Shown here piece by piece: positions 12,077 to 24,840 of a stretch of 64,000 nucleotides of DNA. The stretch is taken from assembly GCF_000143415.4 (NCBI RefSeq), contig NW_003314298.1, positions 537,986 to 601,985 of the forward strand. Direction: 5' to 3'. The number at the start of each line of letters is the position of its first letter. Positions within the stretch are counted from its first letter, which is position 1. The DNA is from Selaginella moellendorffii. Taxonomy: Eukaryota > Plantae > Lycopodiophyta. The translations under genes and the position numbers were made by a program. The notes beneath the pieces are model-generated. The model worked only from the letters and a program-made list of their open reading frames with translations. It was not told the origin of the DNA and did not search any database.

Positions 12077-12355
12077 ATGGCTAGAAAAAATGTTCTATAT
12101 ATTATGACTTTACTTTTTCTTTTTATATTAACTTTTATTTTTATAGCTAAAAGTGCACCACTAAAAACATGTGGTGAACATTGTGAAACAGATGATGAAT
12201 GCAAGGATCAAATTGCATGTGTTGATAAAATTTGCCAAGATGATCCAGATATGGATACTAATCCTTGTCCAAATATAGGTAAGAAAATTTCACCACCTCC
12301 ATTTGATACTTTATCTCCTCCTGATGAGGATTTAACTCCTCCCAATTTTAAATAA
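12077..12355 (+). CDS. Small secreted cysteine-rich peptide, kissper-like, copy 2 (92 aa)
   Basis: Same ORF as 7182-7460; differs only by three residues in the signal peptide. Confidence 0.7.
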   Translation: MARKNVLYIMTLLFLFILTFIFIAKSAPLKTCGEHCETDDECKDQIACVDKICQDDPDMDTNPCPNIGKKISPPPFDTLSPPDEDLTPPNFK

Positions 12356-13289
12356 ATGTAATGCTAAGAACCTTACCAAATAAAATAAAATAAAATAAAA
12401 ATTATGTTATTCAAGTTAGTGTATTGATTAATGCATGTTGCTTTAGTCAATTTATATCAGATAACTTTTAAAAAATTCAAGGAATTTAAAATTGATTATT
12501 TTGTGAAATTTTCTTTTAAAATGTACCAAATTATAATTCAATCCTAATAATAATAATTTTTTAGCTAATTTAAAATTTTGGTATATCTTGAATATTTTAA
12601 AAAACACTTCAATCTAAAAATTGTGAATTTTCCACTATTAAACCTTCTCTAATTCATTGATAATCACTTAGTTAATAATATTTCAAATTTTTTCAAATTT
12701 CCTCTCAATTCTCAATTTAGGACCAACCACCCTTCTGACCTTATGAATTTACCAAACTCTAAAAGTTTATTACATTAGTTTCATATATTAGTTTTTTTTT
12801 AGCTATAGTTTTATTAATTTTAATACAAGTTTTAGTAACTCAGGATAAGCAAAGCCTTGGAAGCTAGCCTCAAACGATACCATGCCTACAAGAGTGCCAA
12901 GAGCAGCGAAGACTAGACCATAGCAATCCTGGAGAATGCATTTCTGACCTAGTTTTTGGGACAGAAAGCACCATTGAAATAAGCTGTAATCATAGGAGTG
13001 TCCTCTTCTCATATACAAGAATGGATGAACTAAATTTCATTTAAATGAATAACCTGTGAGACAAAAATCCTTAAGCCCCAAAGTGGAGAAAAAAAGTACC
13101 ATATGGTAGTGGTCGAAGTGAAAGTCTAATAAACATAACATATTTGGACTAAAGGCTCTGATTTGAAAAATCAAGAGTAAGAATGCAACTCTAGAAAAAG
13201 TGCTTGAGGAATGAGTATGAAATAATTGGTGAATGAGTATCTAAAAAAGGACATAAGGAGGATTGACATATGGCAAGTGTCATAATGCA

Positions 13290-13800
13290 TGGAAGTGTAA
13301 AAAATGAGTTTGAAAAGGAGTCTGAGAAAGAATCTGAGATAAAGTCCAAAAAGGAGTACAAAATGGAGTCTAAGAAAGAATTTGAGATGGAGTTCAAGAA
13401 GGAGTTTGAGATAGAGTCCAATATAGACCCGAGATAGAGTCTGATATGGACCTGAGATGGAGTCTAATATGGACCCGAGATGGACCCGAGATGGAGTCTA
13501 ATATAGATCCGAGATGGACCCGAGATGAAGTTTAATATGGATCCGAGATGGACCCAAGATGGAGTTTAAGATGGAGTTCAAGATGGATCTTATGAGATGG
13601 ACTCGAGATGGAATTTGAGATGCACTGGAGATGGAGTTTGAGGTCAAGTCCAAGATGGACCTTAAATGGAGTCTAAGGTTGAGGCCAAGAAAGAGACTGA
13701 GACTGAGATTGAGATTGAAACCAAGACCAAGATCGAGACCGAGTTCGAGACCAAGTTCAAGAATAAGTCTGAGTTCGAGTCTGAGTCTAAGTCTGAGCTC
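13290..13800 (+). repeat. Degenerate 12-bp/6-bp tandem repeats (GAGATGGAGTYY, GAGWCY); shorter version at 8270-8450
   Basis: Visible periodic gagatggacc/gagatggagt units followed by gagtct/gagact hexamers. Confidence 0.8.
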
Positions 13801-13921
13801 GAGGGTGAAAGCCCAAAGCGATTGTCTCCTAGACCCTGAGGGGTTTGGTGAGCTCCAAAAGTATAATAAGGGGATAACTCTAATAGAGTCAATTTAGCCA
13901 GGAAAGGCTAATGGGTGATAA

Positions 13922-16900
13922 TATAACCATTAAGGAGTCAAATAAAGATGGACAAATGGGGTAATTTGGTAAAGTGTTTAAGAGCTGGCTCTAGCTCTTC
14001 CAAAAGATCAAATGGTCAATGCTCTAATCCAAGTGTGAGTGGCACTACCTATTTAGATACTTGGTGTGGCTCATCAGAACTTTATTCTAGCCACATGGAT
14101 AGGGCACCCAAAGGCACAAGATGGAGAGAGTACTCACAAGGCTCGTGTAAGAGCATAGTGTTTTAAAATGTTATCCTAAAGTTCTACATTGTGGAAAGGA
14201 AGAGGAGCAATCTTCTTGTGTAGTAACCAAGGATGCAATCATATGGCAAGTAAATCCCAAAGGTTAATAAGATGTAGTGGTTGGCCGTCAGGCCCTAACA
14301 CAGTAGTAATGTTGGTGAACACGGCCAAGGACGAAGAAAAACTTGGTGTGGATTGAAAAAGGAATGTTGGGGAAAGTTGTTCCTCATGTTTCTAGCCATC
14401 CTAAGGATGTTAAGAAGTGGTTCTAGGATGACCATTTATGGATGGATGGCTTAATGTTTGAGAGACAGGACTATGGCATAAGTGGCCTAGAACTACTAAT
14501 GAGACAAAGATAAATGGACATGGCTTTAGTATAACATACTGGTATATCAAAAGTACCTTTGGTGTATTGATCATGGGATCAAATACGTAGAGTACTTAAA
14601 TCAAGTGCAAAGACTGAGTCTCGAAGTTTGGCATATGACTTATGGAGGTTGTGAGTGAGACTCCTCCAAATGGTCGAAAGTGTAGTTAAAAATTTAAAGT
14701 AAAGTGAAAAATTTAGTTATTTACAATTTGATATCAAAGTTATTCTTTAGTCTGACTCTTATTAGTGGTTGAGTATATCACCACTCATATTGGCATCGGA
14801 AGGCCTTAAGAGTGGGCCTATTCTCAAAGAGTAGCATGTCAAAATGGCATGACTCTCTACTTTAGTGTATATGCAAACATGTAGGATGTGATGGATAAAA
14901 AAAGCTCAATAAGGGAATGATTTTGGGATCTTGGGAACAATATAAAATTTTCCTCAGAGAGTTAAGGATGTGATCCAGATGAGTGTTTGACTTAACAAAC
15001 TGGCTAACGTGGTTGTGATAAATAACTATAATTGAGATCATGGGAAGGATGAAAACTTCGAGACAATAAAGGAGTTGTAAGATTATCCTCATGAATTTGA
15101 GATGAAAATTAATAACTATGGGAAATTAAATACAAAAGAGGAACACAGGTCCTTGAAATGATAGTTGGGATTACTTTTAATAAATGATGGAATAACCCAA
15201 GGAGTTAAGGGTGTACTTAGAGGATGAATCGGTATTCTTATCATATGGACAGATAGTCCTAAAGGGCAAATGTTGCCTATATGGAACAAAGAATAATTAA
15301 ATGTTAGAGTAACACTTGCAAAGATGATCTTTATGAGTAAAACATAAATACAAGAAGTTGTATTCTAGCGAGTTGGCATATCAAAAGTAGTTATGAGGTT
15401 AAGACTTTATGGGTTATCAAATTAATAAAGTTTAAAAGATAAATGACTCAAGTGAAGTCAAGGAATAGTCTTAAAGGATTGGTGGAAAAATTTGGATTAA
15501 AGTGTATTGTACCCTACAAAGGATAGGGAGGATCATGAGATCCAAGTATGAAAACAATATGTATTTCATTAATGCTAGAATATGCTATATTAAAGTCATG
15601 GGAAAGGTGTTTTTGGAAAAAAATAACTTTGGCACAGAGTTATATATAAACACTATAAAGCAATGCTAACTAGTAGTTGGTATAAAAAATGACTAGTTTG
15701 ATTTTGATAAGACCTAGACACAAGTGGAAAGTGTTATTAAAATAGGATTAAAAAGCCAATAGGGTGAAGACCCCAAATGTCCCAAAGGATAATTTACCCC
15801 TTGTTAAAGTAACCCTAATGAAAACAATACCCTAGATATGGTAGAATTCATATATTTGTACTAAGTCTTGGTAGAAGTGTAGAAGTATCAACAATGAGTT
15901 GTAAAATATAATACTTATGAAGCAATTAAACAAAGGTTAAAAATGATTTGCTGGAATAGTGGGAGCTAACTTCTAGAGACTTCTTGGTTAGATAAAAACG
16001 AGGTTAGATACATTCTTTAAGGGATAGTATGCTTATGTTGCGATATAGTGAGTTTGTATCAATAAGAAACATTTATTGTTAGGAAATTTTATCATGAAAA
16101 CATATAATCATTTTAAAAACACTAAAGAGGTGACGTTTGGGTATTAAAGGGGCATTAGATAAGACCCAAAAGATGAAGTCTCTAAAAAAGAATGGATATA
16201 AACTACTATCTAATATCCAAGGTTGACAAAAGTTAAAGACAAGATAAGTTTAACTATCCAAAGTGGATCAAACCAAAAGAATTTTTGCATGGCTAGCAAT
16301 GAGCATAAAGAAGCCTATGTATAACAACATTAATCTTGATGTGTAGGATTATATAGTAAACATATCCAAATTAAAGAACCACTCCCTAAATCATTAAGTA
16401 AGTTCATCCTTAAAAATAGTTGCTAATGCATGGTTGAAAGGGCAAAGCTACCCTTCTAATTAGGAAGAGAATAATTAAAGGGAACATATAAAGCCAAAAT
16501 CAAGTAGTAAAGGGATAGAATTGAACCATAAAAATCAAAGAGTATAACCAAGGGTAATTATATAAGTTGGGAGTGGAAAATCAAGTGGTGCTCAAAAGTG
16601 TTGCTATTGGCAACTATAATGCTATAAAGACTCTAAAGTATAAAATTGTTAATGTTAGACTATATGGCAATTAAAAGGCATGTAAAAAGAAAGGTATTAG
16701 CAAAATAAAGAACAGAGTCCTTTTGAGGTTCTCAAAGACAATTTTAGGTATGTTAATACTTAGAAAAATAAATATAAATGTTTTATAAAAATGGGTGAAA
16801 TCAAATTGGTATAGCAAAAACGTGGTATTGAAGCTTGCCATGAGATGAGGTTATCAAAATTGGGGAAGTAATTCTCAAGTGTTCAAAAAAATGGCTTTGA

Positions 16901-19900
16901 ACAAAAGTTAATGGTTGAGGACTTACATGCTTATGCATTAAACCATATTACGCTGGTCAGGTGGCTTGTTAAGCGAGATTAACAAGTCAGGTGAGCAAAG
17001 ACTTTAGTTAAAGGTATTGACTCCAAAAGGGATGGCCCATGGGGCTAAATATGCATGATCATAGACTTGTTAAATGAGAGGATTTGGCAGTTTGAAGAAA
17101 CTAAGTTTCTAAACTATGATTTGTAGTGCACATTAAGTATAAATTGGTGCACTGGCGTAAGGAGTCACGCCAAACATTCTTAGTGATATTACTTGTAGAT
17201 GCATATACGAAGGTTGGGTTTGAGTCGTAACTTTGTAATGCTTGGGTTTGAATCCCAACTCACTAAGGGCATGGTGATGGTTTGAAATATGAAGACACTT
17301 ATTTTTCAGTGGTTATAGACTCTCAATAAGGAGATTGGTTTGAGCACACTACCAAGTGGGGGATGCCTTGAAGTCGTGATGCACAATTAAATTGTTTAGT
17401 GTGAAAGCTTGGCATATCTAACTTGAATAACTTTAGTATAAGTGGTATCAAGGACATAGATGAAATAGAGACACCCAATCTCAGTTGTCATGGACCCTTA
17501 GCCAAAAGGGTTGGCTTGGGTGCATTGCCAAGTGTGGGGGATGCCCCTAGGGTCATGGTTAACAACTTAAAAGTTTGGAAACTGTAATATTGATTAGCAA
17601 ATCTATTAAAGTGTTAAGATGAGATCACTAAGTGATTTTATGGTTAAACAAAGATAAAGCCCTTGTGATATTAATGAATAAGGTTCCTAGTTCAAATTAT
17701 TGATTTAAACTATAATAATATAACTTGGTCAAGGTGACCAAGTGGAAAGGACACCTAAGAGAAATGAGTTATAGCAATACAATAGTGTTGTGAGTCCAAG
17801 AAAATAGTCTCTAAAGAAAGACCTATACATGAGTCGCAAAATTGGCCCGTGGATAGAGCCCACAACAGATAATGCTGGAAAGAATTACTAAGGGTGAACA
17901 CCTTTTGGATTTAGTGAAACAGAGCTTTTACTACGAAACCAAAAAGATATCACGAATATGGAAGTAGTGATCCTAAATTATTTAGTACAATAATCAAAGG
18001 ATAGGAGTAAAAGACTAATCACCAAGAATGGGCTATGGAAATTATTAAAAGGAATCCAAATAACAAAGTTATGTCAAGAACACTCATGTGTTGGATGCTA
18101 ACAGATTATGGAAAATGAAATATGTTTTTGAAAATAAATTCCCAAATGCTCCAATTTGGCAAACGTGAAAACTCCAAAAGATGGAGTGGCAAAATAACCA
18201 AATGATAAAGCCATGAATAACATTAGCATGAATTATAGATAAGTGGAATTTAGTTCCAAGGGTGGCACGAAATAAAAGTATTAGTGTGACCAACACATGG
18301 TGGGTGATGATATAACCACTAAGGAGTCCAAGGCTAAAGTCAATACAGATGGACAAATGGGGTAACTTGGTGAAGTGTTTAAGAATCAACTCTAGCTCCC
18401 CTGGAAGATCAAATGGTCAATGTTCCTAATCTAAATGTGAGTGGCACTACCTACTTGGATACATAATATGGCTCATTGGAACCTCACTTTAACCACATAG
18501 TTAGGGCACCCAAAGGCGGAAGGTAAGGAGAGTACCACAAGGTTTATATAGAGCTATGGTGTTTCGAAATATTGTCCCAAAATCTTAGACTATAGAAAAG
18601 GAGAGGAGTAATCCTCTTATGTAGTAACCAAGGATGCAATTATATGGCAAAGAAGTCTTAGAGGTTAATGGGATGTAGTGGTTGGGCATTTAAGCCCTAA
18701 CCCAATGGTAGTGTTGGCAAACATAGTTAGGGACAAAAAGAGATTTGGTGGGGATTGAAAAAGAGATGTTGGGGAAAGTTGTTCCCCATGTCTTTGGGCA
18801 TCTTAAGGATACTAAAGAGTAATTTTAAAATGACCACTCATAGACGAATGGTTTAGTCTTTAAGAGATGGGACTATGGCACAGATGATCTAAAACTACCA
18901 ATAAGACAGGGTAAATGGACATAGTTTTAGTATAACATGCTGATATATTAGTAGTACCTTTGGGGTGTCAATCATAAGATTGAATACGTGAAGTATTTGG
19001 ACCAAATTGTCGCAAATGTGACTTCGGGTATCGAAAGTTACTTGTCGACCAGTCCTTATAGACACTCTTTCCTTACTGCCACGATGGCAGGAGGTTGGTA
19101 TTGCTAGACCCTTTATCAGCCCCTCTTGTTCAAGTGTTAGTAAACTGGACTTAGCATCTGTACTTGGCCGGATGAGCATAAGGACGGAATTCCTAAGTGT
19201 CTATTTGGCCAAGCATACTTGGCCCGGCTTTTTAGTTCTCTTTTGCTCTGTCTTGCACTGGCTTGACAAGAACCCTCGCATATTGAGATTGGTCCCTCAA
19301 TATCGCTGGATGATAGCTTACCGTGTTTGCCAAACACCCTCGCTATCATGCCCTTTGTGTTAGTCTCAATTCGTCCCAGATGCTATTTATGGAAAGTGTC
19401 CAGATTTGCTCATTTGGCATATCTACAGAATGTAGAGATCGGCCTGAACACAATGGTGTTCGTCCCGTGTTCAAATTCGCAATCTAAGGACATTCCACAT
19501 TCAAGACATGCTCAGAGCTATTGACTAAATGCATTAGTGAGCTTATTGCAGTTGAGTTGGATTCGAGTGGTCATTTAGTTTGTGCTTGTCTATGAACTTT
19601 TATCTCGTACCTGAGGTATTACGTTCATATTGGATGAGTATATGACTCGATGATATGAGTTTAGTGTTGAGTCTTGTGAACGCAAGTTGAGGAGTGATTG
19701 TTAGTTGCTTTGTGACTAGTGATTACTTGTAGACTTCATCAAGGACCGTTGACACTTGCTTTGCTTGATGATGATTTAGCAGTGGTGGGCTTGCTTTACC
19801 GGATGGTGTTGCAGAGGATCGTGTCATTAGGCTAACATGGTTTTTCTATGTTGGCATGTCAATTCCTTTGTCGATATCATTTGGTTACATTTGGTCTATA

Positions 19901-22900
19901 ATGTTGGATTTCATTGAGTCTTGGACGTGGTGATTCACTCCTTGAGGAAGTGTTATCCGTGACTGAGTATTGTTGAGAGATTGGTCTCGGATACTGACTA
20001 AAGTATCTTTGACTTCGGTTAGCTTTGTTGCTGGAGAGTTTTGAGTGGTGATTCACTCGTGCTTTCTTCTAGCTTTGTTTTGGTGTTGATGACATTGAAG
20101 TGATGCCTTGTCATTGACATTGTTGATGTTGAGGTAAAATGAAATGAGATATCTCTCCATAGGATTGATATTGAGTTTCATTAGTCTTGATGGAGATAGT
20201 GTTGATGGTTTGGTTGTAGCTTTATGTTGTTGGCATTTGTACAATTGCTAGTTAGCAACTGTGTTGACGTTCAAATGAACTGAGTGGCAAGTTGAGTTAG
20301 TTGTGTTCTACACAAGATTGCTTAGTTAAGGTTAAGTTTTCGCTTTTCCTTGAAAAGTGATTTAGTCGTGGACAATGCTACCTCTATGAGAGGAAGAGTT
20401 AGTGATTGGTATTGAAGTGTTTGAATCCTTATTGGATTTGAGTTGGACTATATCAATCATTGATGATTCTTCTTGTGCTTGTTATGAAGTGAGTTACGTC
20501 TTGCTATAGATGGATTCATGGAGGGTCATTTAGTGATCACTTGTTGAGCATAGCTCCATTGTGCTTAGCTTTTGGATTGATGCAGAAATGCTCTTCATTA
20601 GCTTTGGCATTATGAAATTTGGCTTATGGATGTGTTGAAGAAGACATTGTGGGTTGTACCATGATTTCTTCTTAAGCATTGAAGTTAGCTTCTATAAGAC
20701 TCGTGATCATTATTAAGTAAGACTTAGCTATAGGCTTCTTCAAGCTTTGGTTCTTTGAGTTTTATGCTCATTGTTCCATTTGTTAGAAGTTGTTGGGGAA
20801 GGCATTTTGGCTCATTAGCTTCGATGTTGAAGTTGGCTTTGCATCTGGCAATCATTGGTGATGATTGGCTATCATCTAGGGTAGTTAATTGTCCTTATCA
20901 CAAGTTTTGCTTGATTATTGTTGGTTTAGAATTATTTGCTATTCTTCGGGATGGTAGATTCTTTCTTAAACGATGATTATACATCACTACATTGATGGGC
21001 TAATTGACGATCTTTCATGATAGTTGGTTGTTTTCTTTGATGGCTTTGGCTTTTCGTAATACCACATGTTCTTTGTGGTTTGCTCTGGATTGGTCTCTTG
21101 GGTTTGAGACGTCAGTAGGATGTTGCTGGCACTTGCTTAGGCAACTTGAGTTCCTTGGTATTGTTGGCTGGGATCTATTCCGATTGGCTAGTGCAATAGT
21201 TGATATGAACAAGCGTTTGTTTGCTTTGCAAGATTCATTTTGTTCTGTTGATTATTGCTTGAGTTAGTTCTCATAGATTATGATGTTATTTCCTTCGGGT
21301 GAGACATTTGCGAGCATTGTGCTGTTTAGTCAATGATACTTTGTGTTCTTTGAGTTGTGTTTTGTGAGTTGTTTGGCATGCTATCTGCCATTTTCGGTAG
21401 TTCAGTTTTATCATTGAGTTTCCTTGATGATCTACTTGCTATTGAATTTTGTTGGATGGTGATTCCTATGTTTACCACTTATAATGATCTTGGTGGTTCC
21501 TATCTACAATACTACTGGTTTATCGGATGATAACTTGCTTAGAATACTTTTGTGTTCTACTCTAAGATATAATCACTAGTAATTAAGCTTCTCAGATATC
21601 ATTGTCTCTGACTTTGATATAGTCCCTATATCTTGATCTTTGAGTTTGGGCCAGTATAGGCAGACTGGCTTCGGCACTTCGTGTGCATGGTGAAATCTCT
21701 AGTCATGGGGTAGCTACTGTCGACTGGTCACATAACCCGCCTCTCTGTCGATGTTCCTTATTCCATTCAAAGGGCGTGACCGTGTAAACAACTCCAACTG
21801 CCTGTTTACAATAGTCTATCTAAACCTTACCGACGGGTTTGGTTTCTTTGCTCAGGAGGGTTGGGGCCTCTGGCTCCTCTCTCTATGTCCTTGCAGGCAG
21901 GGGCATATCACACTTTTGTAGCTGGGTGACACCCAGAGCAGCAAGGGTGGCTGACTCCGTTAGTCATTTCCTTGTCGGTGACGGCCGGAAGGTGTCTGAG
22001 CTGGTAGCGCATCCGCGTTAGACAAAGAGGTTACCCCCTAACTCATTTAAGTTGGTGCATTTCTCACATAGTGTGAGTACCGTGAACTTTTTATGGAGTT
22101 GTTTCCTTGGCGGTATTCTAGACTCGAGTATGCATCGACAAGGACGTCGATCTTCCCCAAGGGGGGGAGAGTGTCGCGAATGTGACTTCGGGTATCGAAA
22201 GTTACTTGTCGACCAGTCCTTACGGACACTCTTTCCTTACTGCCACGATGGCAGGAGGTCGGTATTGCTGGACCCTTTATCAGCCCCTCTTGTTCAAGTG
22301 TTAGTAAACTGGACTTAGCATCTGTACTTGGCCGGATGAGCATAAGGACGGAATTCCTAAGTGTCTATTTGGCCAAGCATACTTGGCCCGGCTTTTTAGT
22401 TCTCTTTTGCTCTGTCTTGCACTGGCTTGACAAGAACCCTCGCATATTGAGATTGGTCCCTCAATATCGCTGGATGATAGCTTACCGTGTCTGCCAAACA
22501 CCCTCGCTATCATGCCCTTTGTGTTAGTCTCAATTCGTCCCAGATGCTATTTGTCCAGATTTGCTCATTTGGCATATCTACGGAATGTAGAGATCGGCCT
22601 GAACACAATGGTGTTCGTCCCGTGTCCAAATTCGCAATCTAAGGACATTCCATATTTAGTAAGTTTCGAGCTTGTCCCAGAGACTAACTCCTGATACTAA
22701 GGGAGGCTTTAGGGATGCTGATATATTAGTAGTACCTTTGGGGTGTCAATCATAAGATTGAATATGTGAAGTATTTGGACCAAATGCAAAGTTAAATGGC
22801 ATAGATGCCATCCATGGGGCTAATAAGTCCTTAAGTCTGGAATAGGATTTATAAAGGTTGTAAATGAGACTCTCCCAAGTGGTTAGAGGTGTGGTTAAGT

Positions 22901-22933
22901 ACTAAAGTAGAATGGAAAATTTAATTATTTACA
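13922..22933 (+). mobile_element. Old, heavily decayed Ty3/gypsy LTR retrotransposon (5' LTR ~13922-14725; 3' LTR ~18311-19007 + 22786-22933)
   Basis: Two diverged ~0.8-kb direct repeats ending TTTACA; decayed tRNA-iMet PBS TGATATCAAAG at 14729 (canonical TGGTATCAGAG); purine-rich tract before 18311; pol relics EDHEIQV (~15530), FLVR*K/LCCDI (~15980-16050), SKVDQTK (~16260), SFEVLKD (~16720). Confidence 0.7.
19008..22714 (+). mobile_element. Young, internally deleted LTR retrotransposon nested in the 3' LTR of the old gypsy element
   Basis: Near-identical truncated LTRs at 19008-~19500 and 22172-22714, both starting TGTCGC; PPT GGGGGGGAGAG directly before 22172; no gag/pol ORF; internal region matches 62068-64000 on the opposite strand. 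Confidence 0.9.
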
Positions 22934-22944
22934 CAATCCAGGTA

Positions 22945-22947
<3 letters not shown>

Positions 22948-23018
<71 letters not shown>

Positions 23019-23058
23019 GTGTGTGTGTGTGTGTGTGTGTATGTATATATGTATATAC
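22948..23058. repeat. Compound microsatellite (AT)n(GT)n
   Basis: Directly visible. Confidence 0.97.
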
Positions 23059-24771
23059 CTTATACCATCCTCAATAGAAAAGATGATGATGATAGGTCAA
23101 GTGGAATATTTATATCTTCTACTGGACAACTATAAATTACTACAAAAACTTAAAGTTCTTACAAAATCACTTATATAATTGTTAAGAACCATGAGAAAAA
23201 CAAAACCCAAAGTCATTGTATAAATATCAATCGATAACAAAATCCCAATAAATCAATTGCAACTCTGTGTGCTACTACCAAAAACTTAAACCATCCTTGA
23301 AGCCATAACTTTACAATTCAAAAGCCATTATAATCCACAAAACACTCTTGTAGCAAATAATATATCATGTCTTTAAGTTTGCATGTTAGCTTTCTTTTGA
23401 GACTATTATTAACTCAGACTCAAATTTATCATTAGAACTGACCTTTATATATTTTCTTTTGTTAAATTCTAAAACTTATGTTAACTCAAAATTCACAATC
23501 TTTGTCCTTCCTTATATAAGAGGTTGGATTCAGTCCATTTGTTTTCCACATGCTCTTTATCCCTTTATCTAGGGAGAAATGTTTTTGAAACTTCAATTCT
23601 ATTTAAATTTGCAACATTTATCCTTTCCTTACTCCATTATCACATCCATTTGGCCTCATTATATTGAGGTTTAATGTCCTATTTGGACTAATTATGCTCA
23701 TTGTCAATTTATAATCTATAGCATTCATATTTGCTTCACTAACATATCCAGTCATCCTCACTCCAACATTAGCATTGAACTCTTATTCATCCCCTTTACC
23801 CCCTTCTCTGAAGAAAAAAAAATGTTTGAAACATCAAGGTAAATAGGAGAAAGCAATAAAAAATGAGCAAAAAATATTGTGGAAAAAATAGAAGTGGATA
23901 AGGAAGCATCAAAAGAGGATTTTTTAGTAGCTATTAAAGCAAAAATAAGAAAGTGAGAAAAAAACATGTGTTAAAAGCTTAAATAACAAAGGACCTCTTA
24001 TTATAAAATACTCAAAAAATTTGTATAATAGAGAATATTTTTTATAAAATACTTTGATCATCACTAAATAAATAAAAAACTTATACCACTCAACCTCTTC
24101 CATATAAACTCAACACTTTAAATAAGAAACCAATAAAATAAGTCCATACCGTCAAAAGAATATAAAAACTCTTTAGTAATGATGGTAAAACAAAGATTTT
24201 CAATGACACTCACCACTTAGGAAAACATACTCTACCTAAAACTTTGATAAAAATGACTCGACCCTTAGAAAAGGGGAACACTCAAAATCAAATTCTAAAG
24301 AAATGATCAAAAACTCTATAAAAGAAATAAATATAAGATTTTTAGCTACATATACACTCTTAAGATCTATATCATTTTGAAAAGGATAAAGAACATTTAA
24401 CTCAACATTGGATTGAGAATAAGAATTATCAAATGGTAAATTAAAGGATTTACACCTACTTTGCAAAATTTCTAATTCATCTTTAAAGTTATCTTTAATA
24501 TCACAATCATACTCCACATTAGTGAGAGTTGGTAGGACACCAAGTGTAGAAAAATTCATATAATCATGTCTTATAGAAATTCAATACGGCAATACACAAA
24601 GAATTGGAGTAACCAATATAATTATGTTGCATAGCACTAAAAGCTTGATCCATCTACAACTTAAAGCTTTGACCTTCAGGAAGAAATTATAATACCCCTT
24701 TTGTCCACCAATATGAGTATTTAGTATATTAATTAGGGCTTAAACAGAATAAATATTATTATAATTCCTAA

Positions 24772-24785
24772 TACACACACACACA

Positions 24786-24840
<55 letters not shown>

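Larger units (their letters stand above)
10804..18372 (+). repeat. Tandem segmental duplication, copy B
   Basis: Begins gtggagccatgtggcggg, matching 5846 gtggatgccacgtggcggg; ends in gatggacaaatggggtaacttggtg shared with the end of copy A. Confidence 0.9.

Noticed and set aside
13191-13897. Low-complexity ORFs (SISNSFL, RLRL repeats), also 8138-8452 and 22912-23178
   Set aside because: Translations of tandem repeats and microsatellites
21915-21950. Resemblance of TGGGTGACC to 5S rRNA (Cassandra-type element)
   Set aside because: Match is only ~9 nt, lies outside the LTR, and has no A/C-box context
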